A stretch of DNA of 64,000 nucleotides from Eledone cirrhosa. Taxonomy: Eukaryota. Below are positions 39,420-51,939 of the stretch, one piece after another. How positions within the stretch are numbered: the first letter of the stretch is position 1; each line of letters begins with the position of its first letter. A program made the translations under genes and the position numbers. The DNA is taken from positions 320,416,001-320,480,000 of the forward strand of contig OZ024743.1 in NCBI GenBank assembly GCA_964016885.1, written 5' to 3'. The notes beneath the pieces were generated by a model that made no database searches, was not told the DNA's origin, and was given only the letters and a program-made list of their open reading frames with translations.

Positions 39420-40518
39420 CACTGATAACCGGATCCGCCTGCCAGAGGGCGGTGGGCGCCTGGGCACACTCAGTGTGCCAGGCGCCCAGTTTTCTCGGTC
39501 AATCCTGGGTCAAGCAAAGACCGAGAAAACTGGGCGCCTGGCACACTGAGTGTGCCCAGGCGCTCACCGCCCTCTGGCAGGCGGATCCGGTTATCAGTGG
39601 AGACTCCACCGCAACATTCTATAGAGGGCTGGTACGCAGCAGGTGCGACGACGCCCTCGGAGAAGCCCTAGACATGGAGGAGGACGAACTGGCCAGCCTG
39701 TTCGGTAGGACATTCAGCCCGGGACCTATGGACAACTTCCAGAAGTCCCTGGCCTGGCAGTGCTACCAAGGGGCTTTACCCGTTCGAGAAAGGCTCTACA
39801 GACACGGGCGCCCGGGTAGGGACCCCGCCAAAAAGATCTGTCCCAGATGCGTGTGCGACGAGGAAACCGTTGCACACGCATTGGTACACTGCTCGGGCGT
39901 AGCCGATCTGTGGGGCTATGTCGAACAACTGCTGTCAAGGGTGGGACCGATCCGGTTGACCACCGAGTCTATTGTGATGATCAAGCCGCCTCCCCCCTTC
40001 AAAGATGAAGCAGGGGCGGTGTTTCTGTGCGTGATAGCCATGGCGAAAGAGGTTGTATGGTGGACGCGTCTGAAAGGACTGAGGTCAGGCACCTTTCTCT
40101 CTGGCCAACAACTGGTCCGTTTCTTCCGATATCACTTCGGAAGAAGGATCAGGATGGAGAGAGAGGTGCTGCACCCCAGCCGTTTCTATGAAAGATGGGT
40201 GAAAGTGGCGAGAATGGCCCGTGTGAATGGGCCTTCACTCTACATCAGACTATAGGTGAGGAAGATGAAAGACCAAGGGAGCACCCCTTCTCTGTGCTCC
40301 TGAGGAGAAGGGTTGCACACTTTTTTCGGGGGTGTGTGCGACCCCCCAAGGCGCCTCCTCTCTATTGAGGATTTTGTTAAAAATTTTATTTTTTGTTATA
40401 TCTTATTTTATTTTTATATTTTGTTATTGCCTCCTCCTTATTGAGGACGCCTTTTTGTGTAAACTCCCCCCTTTGTACTTGTCCCACTTTTGATGCCCTA
40501 GTGGCAAATAAAAGAAAC
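39419..40518 (+). mobile_element. Tx1-clade LINE, array copy 3, 5'-truncated with an inverted duplication at the 5' end
   Basis: ORF 39452-40255 is the ORF2 C-terminus; 39419-39500 is the reverse complement of 39519-39600; (ATCT)n on both sides. Confidence 0.93.
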
Positions 40519-40519
40519 A

Positions 40520-40556
<37 letters not shown>

Positions 40557-40577
40557 GTCTCTCTCTCTCTCTCTCTA

Positions 40578-43500
40578 TCAGACGTGTGTAACTTCGCGGA
40601 GAAGTTTCCGTTAATTTATGTAAGAAGAAAACGTGAGTTTTCAGTTAAATTTTATATTATTGTGTAACTTGTCTCCCCGTCTGGACCTTCAGGTGATGGG
40701 TCAACTCATTTTCGCCCCTATAGGGGCGAAATATCCGTTTGAAATATTTTTTCTCCATCGAATCTTTGAAAAAATATTGTAAAAGTTTGATTACGTTACG
40801 AACGCTGCGTCCAATGATAATGGTGTTGGAGAGGCAGTAAGACTACTAAGCTCGCAGTCAACAACGTCTTCTTCACTAGATACTCTAGAGATGGAAAGAC
40901 GAAATGAAAATGTAAAAACGAATTAATATCCAAACAACACAAATGACAGCAAAAAATTCAATGACAACAAAAATAACAGCAACACCAATAATGATGATAA
41001 AAGCAACAATGATAACAACAACAAAGAAAAAAAATAAAGACAACACCAATAACACCAGCATCAAAGACAACAACAACACCAAGGAAAATACGAATAATAC
41101 CAACATCGGTGACAACAAGAATAACAACAACAATAACAACAATAATGACAACACCAACAACACGGATTCCACAAAGACACCGACATCTCCTTTGCAGAGA
41201 AAGTTAAAAAAAAGGAGGAATTAATATATCTCGACATAACAAATGCTGAACAACTTTTAAAGGACGCTAGGAGATATGTCACTTTCGAAAAAAATGGTGC
41301 TTTCAACATCAATTCTCCGGTAGAAATTCGCAAGGAAACTGCTCTCAAAACGATAGTTTTTAGGACAGTTTCCAATTCTACCCGAAAACCAGTCCAATTG
41401 TCACAGAAAGAAATTGAAATGGTTTTCAAAATTTCAATGAATGATATTGCATTCATTCAAAGAAGCAAATTTTTTGGGAGTATTTCGGTACTCATGAAGG
41501 ATCAATTGACGGCCCAAAATTACTCTGTGTCGCCAATTGTATCCAACCTGTACACCTTTTTCCCTACATACATGGGAAAAATGACACAAAAGATCAGAAT
41601 CACGAGTGTCACACCAAAGGTGAACATATGGTGGATACTGTGCGGCTTCATCAATTTTGATGAAGACAGAATACTGTCAGTAGGCAAGTCCCCCAGAGAT
41701 GTATTCAATGGGACTAGAATTTAAGTTCTGGTGCAAATGAGCCCAGAGCGAATAGCTATGATCCCACAGCGTGTACTCCTGGACGGACTCACCTACATAA
41801 ACTTTTCGGTTGAGGGTAGGCGGCCTTCATGTTACCATTGCTTTAGCAGGGGTCACCTGAGGGCTTCCTGTCCTAAATTAATGAACCAAAAAAAGGCTCT
41901 TCTGCCGACACCCATCAAAACAATACAACCACCAACACCACCACAACAACAACAACACCAACACACAAAAATAACCACAACAAACACAGTCCCACCCAAC
42001 CCCACTCCAGCTAAAACCACTGCAAAATCACATACAGCCACAACAGCTCCCCAAGACATACCGCTCCCCAATCACACAGACGATACAACAGATGAGGCTA
42101 TCTCGCCATCACCCAGTGAAGACGAGGGAGAACCCCATCGCTCGAAAAGAAAGAAAAGACATCACAAAAGCAAAAAACCAGCAAACACTACCACAAACAT
42201 ACAACCACCAACACAAACAACAAAAACATCACAAACAAAACCCCCACCTCCTGAAAACAAAATACCTACAACAAAACGAAAGCACACACAAGAACTACAG
42301 ACAAAAACAAACACAACACAAGAAAATTACACTTACACTTACATAAACACTGAAAACAAAACACCAATGGAGACCATCACGAACGACCCTTCGGTGAAAA
42401 CCGAAGGGAAAACTTTCGCCCACTCTATTAAAAATAGCAAAAGACTGAAGCTAAAACTGATTAGGGTCCCTATACAAAATTATAGGTCCCTAAAAGAAAC
42501 ACTTGAGAAGGATGTGGGGAATTCCTGCGTGACCACTCAACCGCGTCCTTCTCAAATGTCTGCCCACCCAGACACCCACATCCCACCAGACCCCACCCCA
42601 CCAACATCTCCGTCCGCACCCCGCCGGAAACCACCACCCATCCAGACAACCCCTCCAACACCCCCATGGAAATCGTGCGGCCTGGTCCCCAGGAGACGAA
42701 GAGTGAGTGATCTATTTTCCTCTTTTAAATTTTCAGCACCAACATGGCCAATATAAGAGTTGGATGTGTGAACGTACGCGGCCTGGGGATTCCCTGGAAA
42801 CAGGGCAAACTCTTAAACGACCTCAGGTCGCACAGTATGGATGTGGTAGCCATTTGCGTGTCAAGGATCTACAGCGAGTGACAGCTGGCCCCCATCTTCG
42901 ATGACTTTGAGATCTACTCATCTCTCTGTCAACCGGGGGGTGGGGGCGGAATAGCCGTTTTGCTGCGGGAACACCTGGGCCTCGTAACACAGACGGTACA
43001 TCTGGACCCGAAGGGTCGTTTGGTGGTCCTAGACGTTGACGGTAGTGAAGGTGGAGCCTTCAGGCTGGTGGCCACATATGCCCCATCGGGGACACCGTGG
43101 CCAGACTTCTTCAAACGTCTAGAGACTTTTCTGGCTCCTTGCTTTTAGTGGGGGACTGGAATGGAATCCTGGATGCACGTTGGGACTATGTGGGAGCATG
43201 TCCTGATAAAGGGGGGTGTAACAGCCTTAAACAGTTAATCGACCGATTTGACCTGGCCGATAGATATCGACTAGATTTCCCGACTGCGCCACTGTGGACG
43301 TGGACTAATCGTAGCGGAACATCTAGATCGTACCTAGATAGGGTTCTAGTTAGAAATAAGGATAGGGACATGTTAAGCTGTCCACAAATGCTCATGGTTG
43401 CCTATTCAGATCACAAACTAGTGACCTGCATGGCCAACCTGGATAGAACCCATAGACAAGGACCCGGCTACTGGAAGCTGAACTTATCGTTACCGACAAG

Positions 43501-46412
43501 CAAAGCCTACAGTAGACGGATTAGCACTTTAGTTAAACAGCACTTGCCAGGGGCCATTGTCAACAACAGATGGTGGTACTCTCTCAAGAGGGCAGTTAGA
43601 TTAGACTCGATAGTTTTTAGTAAAGAATTAGCGTTAGATAGAAATAGAACCGAGAAGGAACTGGTAGATAAAGTAGGAGAGGCAATTAGAAGTGGCAACG
43701 TAGCCAGCGTGCTAGCAACGAGAATGGCCTTGGACCAGTTCTTCGACGCAAAACACGAGGGCTGCGTTGTCAGAAGCAAAATATGTGCTCTGGGAAACGA
43801 GGGAGCCAAAGCTGTTAGCTGGGCCCGAGTGACGGAGGCAAAAAGTGGCAATAAGTCCACGATTCTGTCTTTGAAGGACCATAACAGACGCGTAATACGT
43901 GAGCCGAAGCAGATGTGTGCGGCTTTTCAGCGGCACTTTGCTCAGCTGTTCGGTGGGGGGGGGGCGCCGAGAGAGGCTATGGATTTCGGTCCATACCTTG
44001 ACGGCCTACCGCGACTCTCAGACAGCGAGGCAAAGTTCTGCAAAAAGCCGATTTCAGCCACTGAGATAGGGGACGCGCTGAGCCAATGCGGCAAACGCAA
44101 ATCTCCAGGTCTCGACGGTCTACCCTACGAATTTTACGTAGCAATACCGGACTTATTCTCCGGTCTCTTGGAAGCGGTCTACTGCAACTGGCAATAGAAC
44201 GGGAGAATTCCCAGTTCTGTAACCGGGGCGTGGTCACACTATTCAAGAAGGACGAGAATAAGTTGGATGACATAGGCAACTTCCGGCCCATAACTCTGCT
44301 AAACACAGAGTTACAGATTTTGGACAAGGTGTTGGCAAAGCGGCTGGCGCTTGTCGTCGAGAACCTGGTGGGAGAAGCGCAGACATGCGCAATCCCGACC
44401 AGGTCCATACACGACAACCTCCACCTCAGGCGATACATCATAGAGAGGTGTAGGGTGTAAACTCGGCTTCGGTGGGGCCCTGATCAACTTGGATCAGTCT
44501 AAGGCTTTCGATAGGCTTGACCATCGTTACCTGGATGCAGTGCCCGAGGCGGCAGGCTTCGGACCCGTGTTCAGGGGATGGATTGCTGCAATGCACAACA
44601 GCAAAATCTGCTCAAGGATCAAGGTAAACGGCTACCTCTCGGAGCCGTTCCATATTACGCGATCCATTCGACAGGGATGCCCTCTCTCCTCCCTTCTGTA
44701 CGTACTGACTCTCGAGCCACTACTGCGGAAGTTGGAGTTATTGCAGGGCATCCCTCTGGAACCGGGACTGCGGAAAGCGGCGTCGGCCTACGCCGACGTC
44801 GTGACAGTAATGGTGTCGAGCGCCTCGCAAATCGAGGAAGTCGCCACCATACTGAAGGAATACGAAAGTTTCACAGGAGCGAAGCTGAACCGGGACAAGT
44901 CCATCGGTTTGCAACTCGGATCGTGGAGAGGCAAACCGATGCCTTCTGATGGCGTCGTCGGACGCTGGACGGAAGGACCGGTAAAGCTGCTCGGGATCTG
45001 GTTTGGTCCGGACCTCCAGGTGGAGAAGAACTGGAACGAAGTGACGGCAAGGTGTTTGCAGTCACCCAGAAGTGGGCCGAGTGCAAACTATCCTTGAAAG
45101 GTCGAGTGGAGGTGGTGAAAACTTTTATAGTGTCCGCCATCTTCTACCGCTTGACCGTCGTGCTTTGTCCAGCCAAAACGCTCGCTAAAATGGAACGCGC
45201 GCTCTTCCGGTTCCTTTGGAAGAGACGAGCTCCTTTTGGTGAGAAGATCCATCTGCTGCCAACACCCTTCTAACGGAGGGCTGGGGATGCGGTGGTTAAC
45301 GATGCACAAACACTCGCTAAGGCTGCGGCATCTTTACGTATTCCTCAGCGGACAACCGGCGTGGGCCCCGTTCGTGAGACGAGCCTTCCCACGACTCGTC
45401 TCGCTGACCGTGCTGCAGTCCTGGGTCAAACAAAGACCGAGGAAATTGGGCGACTGGCACATCGAATGTGCTCAGGCGCTCACAGCCCTCTGGCAGGCGG
45501 ACACGGCGATCAGTGGAGACTCCACTTCGTCCTTCTATAGAGGGTTGATCCGCATCAAGTGCGACGACGTGCTCGGTGAAACTCTAGGCGTAGAGTAGGA
45601 TGAACTGGCCAGTCTGTTCGGTAGGACCTTCCGCCCAGGACCAATGGACAACTTCTAAAAGTCCCTGGCCTGGCAGTGCTACCGAGGAGCTCTACCAGTT
45701 CGAGACAAGCTCTACAGACATGGGTGCTCGGGCAGGGACCCTGCAAAAAAGATCTGTCCGAGGTGTGTGCGAGACGAAGAAACCGTCGTGCACGCATTCA
45801 TACACTGCTCGGGCGTCACTGACCTGTGGGGATATGTAGAACGACTATTGTCGCGGGTGGGACCAATCCAGTTGACCACCGAGTCCATTGTCATGATCAA
45901 ACCGCCACCCTCCTTCAAAAACGAAGGAGAGGCGGTTTTCCTTTGTCTGATAGCTATGGCGAAAGAGGTTGTATGGTGGACAAGGTTGAAAGGGCTGAGG
46001 TCAGACACCTTTCTCTCCGGCCAACAACTGATTCTTTTTTTCAAATACCACTTTGGAAGAAGAATCGGGATGGAGAGAGAGGTGCTGTACCCCAGCAAGT
46101 TTTATGAAAGGTGGATGAAAGTGGCGAGAATGGCCCGAGTGAGTGGGCCTTCTCTCTATATCAGCCTGTAGGTTGAGGAAAAGGAGGAGGAGAGGAAAGC
46201 AGTACAAACTCTTCGTACTCCTGGAGACGAGGGCTGCACATTTTTTCGGGGGTATGTGTTACCCATATAAACTGTCTCCCCCTATTGGGGAAAATCGACT
46301 AACTTTTTAACTTACATTTGTGATAACATTTTACACGTTTTTATTATAGGTAAACTTCCCCCTTTGTATTTGTATTGTCCCCTTTTCTTGTGCGCCCTTG
46401 TGGCTAATAAAA
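40578..46412 (+). mobile_element. Tx1-clade LINE, array copy 4, full length; ORF2 42744-46171, disrupted
   Basis: Knuckle CYHCFSRGHLRASC; GDWNGILD, YSDHK, RT motifs; 5' UTR homologous to copy 2. Confidence 0.95.
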
Positions 46413-46431
46413 ATATATCTATCTATCTCTA

Positions 46432-47288
46432 TAAGTGCGACTACGTTCTCGTGGAAACTCTAAGCATGGAGGAGGACGAACTGTCCAGTCTGTTTGGGAG
46501 GACTTTCCGTCCAGGGCCTATGCATAACTTCCAGAGGACTCTGGCCTGGCAGTGCTACCGAGGAGCTCTACCAGTTCGAGAGAAAATCTACAGGCACGGA
46601 CGCCCTGGCAGAGATCCTGCCAAAAGTACCTGTCCAAGATGCGAGCAGGACTTCGAAACTGTTCTGCACGCAATTGTTCAGGGCCCAGGTGTGACTGACC
46701 AATGGAATTATGTCGAACAGCTACTGTCACGCGTTGGACGCATCCAGTTGTCAGTCGAGTCCATCATGAGGATCACCCCGCTGCCTTCATTCAAGAATGA
46801 AGGAGAGGCGGTTTTCCTCTGTCTGGTGGCTATGGCGAAAGAGGTAATATGGTGGACCAGGTTAAAAGGACTGAGGGCAATACCTCTCTCTCCGGACAAC
46901 AACTTATCCCCTTCTTTAAGTACCACTTCAGAAGGAAGGTGGGAGTGGAGAGAGATGTGCTACATCCCAGTAAATTCGTTGAAAGGGGGGTGAATGTGGC
47001 GAAAATGGCCCGAGTGAATGGGCGTTCTCTGTATATAAACCTGTAGGTTGAGGAAGACGAGAACACCTACAAAACGTGTTCCTGGTAGTGAGGGTTGTTC
47101 TATCCACGGGGTGTAAAACAATCCCACAGTAACGTGTGTCCCCCCCCAAAAAAAAAACCGAATAGGGATTTCATTTGTTATTTTATTATATATAGTTTAT
47201 TGTTATTTATTAATGAATTTATGTAAAACCCCCGCCGTCACGTCTTGTAATGTCCCATTTGTGTACGCCCCTGTGGCAAATAAAGAAA
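46432..47288 (+). mobile_element. Tx1-clade LINE, array copy 5, 5'-truncated
   Basis: Begins after a short atctatctatctct; ORF2 C-terminus and 3' UTR ending AATAAAGAAA. Confidence 0.9.
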
Positions 47289-47296
47289 TATATATA

Positions 47297-47362
<66 letters not shown>

Positions 47363-47391
47363 TTATATATTCATTCTGTCATTACAACAGC

Positions 47392-47482
47392 ATTGTTCCG
47401 ATGAGTTTTTGATTCCAGAGTCGGGCCAAATCGATACAACTCGAACCTTGGGCTAATTAATAGCGAAACGCGCGTCAGTGAT
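47392..47482 (+). ncRNA. Degenerate hammerhead in a PLE pseudo-LTR-like remnant (~47370-47620)
   Basis: CCGAUGAG ... CGAAAC-GCGC-GUC followed by AATAAA; core U4 is mutated and stem I is weak. Confidence 0.45.
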
Positions 47483-48129
47483 CAATAAACGTAATGAATA
47501 CTTAACCAATCGTCCTTGTTTTATTATACACTCTATCTAGCTCTACACCTCGCCACTGACGTGAACCTAAATGTGGTCATCAGGGTGAACCTACAGTAAC
47601 GTCACGTTACACTCCCTGGATATATATATATATATATATATGAAAGGTATAGAAAACATTGTACCAAAAAGCCACCACAGTATTCCATAATATATAAGTG
47701 ACTATAGCGTCAAAATGGGAAAAATAGTTAACGTAAGATGTGGGAAAAATAATTCAAACTCAACTCAAAGAGAATCAGGATATAGATTCATCCACAGAAT
47801 TTAGTGAAATCCATGGAAAAATCAATATAACTCATGATAAAATACAGTTTAAAATACTCATCCTTTAATTTGGAAAAACTTCAAATGCTCTGTATAGTCT
47901 TAAAGACTATTTCACGAAAACTTTTAATGGAGATGGTCACGGTTGGAATTCGATCCTCAGCAGAGCTCAACTCGATAACCAAAAAATTTCTCACTGATTA
48001 ATATGCCAAAAAGGGAATTTAAAACAAGCTAGTTCACCATCATGCGTGATTATGAAAAATAAAACGCACATGTGGAAAGACAGGGCTGGTGACGTCAGAA
48101 TGAGACGAATGTTTGTTTACATATATATG

Positions 48130-48182
<53 letters not shown>

Positions 48183-48254
48183 GTATATGTGTGTGTGTAT
48201 GTGTGTGTGTGTGAGTGTATTCGTATATAAACCCGGACACAATTGAAACATATC

Positions 48255-48990
48255 TTCTTCTTCTTCTTTTTCTTCTTCTTCTTCTTCTTCTTCTTCTTCT
48301 TCTTCTTCTTCTTCTTCTTCTTCTTCTTCTGCCACTGGGTCTCCTACCGGCTGGTTTTGCCCTGTGAATGTGTCCAGCGATTCTTTCCTTAGACATTCCA
48401 ACTACATGTCCATAGTATCGGTGCAGTGATCTCTCAATTCGGAGAATTAACGACTCTGGTTGGAGTGGCTCACTAATTTTCGAGCTACGCACAATCAAGT
48501 AACATTACTCCTAGGACCCTTCGGAGGAACCCCCATTACGGTCGCTTTTATTCGTGATCGTATTCTTTCGGTCATTACCTAAGATTCATGACAATAGGTA
48601 AGGTTTTTTGCGAATAGCGAATTGAAGATAGCGAGTTTGGCTTTTACACCTACCTCCCTGCTTCTGATTGCTGAATGCTGAAACTGGCTCATTGCCGAAT
48701 CCGTTCCAGCAGTTTTCAGAAATCAGAGAGTCACTTCAGGTAGAGACGCTACTTGTCCGAAGACAAATCACAACTATGTTACTACAGGTATGTGGTTAGA
48801 ATGTCTCAGGAAAGAATCGCTGAACAGATTTTACTGGCAAAACCGAAATGTAGACCCACAAGGAGTCCCAGATGTAGACCACCAAGCAAGGTGGTTGCAG
48901 AACATCCATGAGCTTGGCTGGTCTCATTTTGGGATTCAGACGGATAAGTTGAAGAAGTTTGCTCCTGAGAGGACCCGCTGGAAATAGCAG
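48255..48990. mobile_element. RTE LINE fragments (minus 48330-48720 with TTC tract; plus 48740-48990)
   Basis: RYYGHVVGMSKERIA, RRPSG; ARWLQNIHELGWSHFGI. Same family as 23800-25140. Confidence 0.7.
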
Positions 48991-49164
48991 CCACATCATA
49001 CACACTCGGCTTGTAAAGAATGCATTGATTAATACTGGAATGGACTATGATCAGCTCACCTATATCAAGGATACTTTGGATTTAAACAAAACAACAATAA
49101 GAATAAAACGACAAAAACAAATTTCAATGCTGAGATATTTTATTTATAGGCAATTTATACATAA

Positions 49165-49381
49165 TTGTTTCTACTTTAGGCACAAGGCCAGCAATTTAAA
49201 GGGGAGGGGAAAGTCGATTAAATCGACCCCATTGCATTACTAGTGCTTTATTTATTTAGCCCGTAAAGATGAAAGGCAAAGTTAAGCTCGGCGGGATTTG
49301 AACTCAGAACGTAAAGTGCCGTAACTCTATGCTGCGAAGCATGGTGTCCGACGTTCTACCAATACTGCCAATCCATCGCCC
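49165..49381 (-). mobile_element. tRNA-derived SINE, full length
   Basis: SINE core; approximate TSD tataggcaat..atacataat. Confidence 0.85.
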
Positions 49382-49535
49382 TATAGGCAATATACATAAT
49401 AATAATTTTATACACACTCCGCCACACACATATATCTATATGTGGGTATGGGTGTAGATGTGGGTAAGTGTATGTTTGTGCGTATGTGTGTATTTATATG
49501 TGCAGGTACTTCTATTTTTAATAAATATATATATA

Positions 49536-49915
49536 CAATGAATCTTCGCTTATCCGGACGGTCAAAACCAAACAGTTCGAAAAAGATCCGGTTAAGTGAA
49601 ATATCCGGATAAGTGAATTCTAAAATCCCATTGTTACATAATGCTCGTGGTTTCTAATGTTTTGGCTTCTTTTAGTCAAAATAAAAGACAAATGCTAAGT
49701 AAAGAAAGTTTATTAGAATAAGAAAAGAACAGCTAGAATTTATAGGAAAATTAATCAAACAAACATAAGAATAACTAAAAACTTGGTAAAACTGAATTGA
49801 GTCAAACCATAAAAAGTTAGTACTTTTTTAAAAATGAATAAATAGTAGTATAGAAATAGCCGTCCGGTAAATCGAATTTCTGAAAATCGATATCCGGATA
49901 AGCGAAGATGCACTG
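49536..49915. mobile_element. Tc1/mariner-superfamily (pogo/Tigger-like) MITE
   Basis: TA-flanked TIRs ca(a/g)tg(a/c)atcttcgcttatccgga. Confidence 0.8.
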
Positions 49916-50049
49916 TATTTATATGAGAATAAGGAAAGAAACATTTCAAATCATAATCAGCGAAAGCTTTTAGTCCAAAGGAAAAATCATTGAGTTATAT
50001 TCTTCATTGTAGGCATTTCATCGAAAGTTGCTGCAAGTAGAAATATAAA

Positions 50050-50175
50050 TAATTGTTTCTACTTTTGGCACAAGGCCAGCAATTAACCAGTACATTACTG
50101 GTACTTTATTTTATCGACCCCGTAAGGATGAAAGGCAAAGTTGACCTCAGCGGAATTTGAACTCTGTGAACTTAA
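50050..50175 (-). mobile_element. SINE, 5'-truncated
   Basis: SINE core match. Confidence 0.75.
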
Positions 50176-50229
50176 AGATATCTTGGTGGCAAACTTTTAA
50201 TATTGCCTCCGATGTATATGTGGAGGAGA

Positions 50230-50311
<82 letters not shown>

Positions 50312-50353
50312 AAAGAACACAAGAGCGTCTACAACATCAACAGATTTTTATTG

Positions 50354-50398
50354 GCTTACAATGTTTCTTCCTTACGTAACCGTAGGATTTGTCAGAGC
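50354..50398 (-). ncRNA. Degenerate minimal hammerhead in a PLE-like 3' remnant (~50310-50700)
   Basis: gcu-CUGACAA-auccuacg(guua)cguaaggaa-GAAA-cauu-GUA-agc, then AATAAA and (TA)n. The G8-to-A change fits CpG decay. Confidence 0.5.
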
Positions 50399-51719
50399 TA
50401 TAAAAGGGGTTTGATTGGTGTTATGGACTCTACCAACCAAACATTCAAGAACAAAGAGTAAAGAGAGTAAAGAGCAAAAGCAGGGGACGATAAGTCTAAT
50501 TTTGGTGCGGGAGGGTGGGGTGTGGGTCCTTGTTTACTAGCTGTGGTCATATTCATTCCCGGGAGTCGAGTGGTTAGTTGAGCCATAGATGGGGTGGCGT
50601 CGATAGTAGGGTGCAGAGGGTGTGCAGAGGCTACACACACACAAAGGGCATACAATATATATATAACGGAGGAGAAAGTACATGAGGTAATTAGAAATGG
50701 AAAAAGAGTAATAATAATAATCTATAATTAATAATGTATAATAAGGCATGGGGAAGATTACACTATAATAAGGTATAAAAGTAAGAATAAGGTAAAATAT
50801 AAAGGAGGATAAAAGTGAAAATAAGAATAAAGATAAAAAAAATATATATAAAAAAATATATAGAGAATATATAAAGAAATATAAGCAAGTATTAGAAAGG
50901 GAAAAACACAATGTAAAAAAACCGATTTTTTCAAATAAAAATATTATAAATATGGGGGGAGAAAACAGGATAGAGAAATATAACCAAATGTGATTAGTTG
51001 AGAGAATATAAGATGATAATAGTTATGTCAAGTTTATACATCTTAATAATAAATAATCTGTATATCATAGTTACACATCCTTCAATTCACTTGCAGGTTC
51101 AACCCACGTGGCATAGTCCATTGTTCATCTGTGCGGTCATGTGCGTTTGTTTTTGACACCACAGCAGATGCACAAGTTCGCAAATTCCAATGCAGATAGA
51201 AATCTATTTTTGCTCACCCAGACATTGACGGAGGATCCAATATTCCTAGTTCAATATGTGTGTGGTGTTATTTTGGTCGCACAAATCAATCACTTGGTTC
51301 AATATTATGGAGTATCGTTTTCTGGTCTTCGTAACAGTATCAGTAGTTGTATATCTCGAAATCACAAGGATCACAGTACTCCGGTTTGGTGTGATTATCG
51401 GTCATCCAACTATGTTGTCGGTGGTTGGATTCAATTCTATTGCTATGAACGTAGAACTTTGGTGTTGATTGAACATATATATATATACACAATATATTCA
51501 CAATTGGAAACTATATATATAAAACCATATTTATTTTATTATACATATTTCAAGGGCCACCAAGGCAAATTATGGTGCGTTTTCATCAGATAAAATACAA
51601 TACAGATTTGTTTTATAAATAAATATTGACATACCCTGAAAAAAGACAACCTTAACGGTTGGAACTTCCTGGATAGTATATATATATATATATATAGATA
51701 TATATATATACAATATATT

Positions 51720-51905
51720 AACTGTTTCTACTTTAGGCACAAGGCCAGCAATTACCCAGTGTATTACTGGTACTTTATTTTATCGACCCTGTAAGGATGA
51801 AAGGCAAAGTCAACCTCGGCGGGATTTGAACTCAGATCGTAAAGGGACGTAACTATGCTGGAAAGCATGGCGTCCGACTCTCTACCGATACTGCCAATCC
51901 ACTGC
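51720..51905 (-). mobile_element. tRNA-derived SINE
   Basis: SINE core match. Confidence 0.85.
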
Positions 51906-51939
51906 CAATATATTAACAATTGGAAACTATATATATAAA

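Noticed and set aside
51141-51593. 150-aa plus-strand ORF
   Set aside because: No motif, no ATG start, and it runs into TA-rich repeat; probably decayed repeat sequence.
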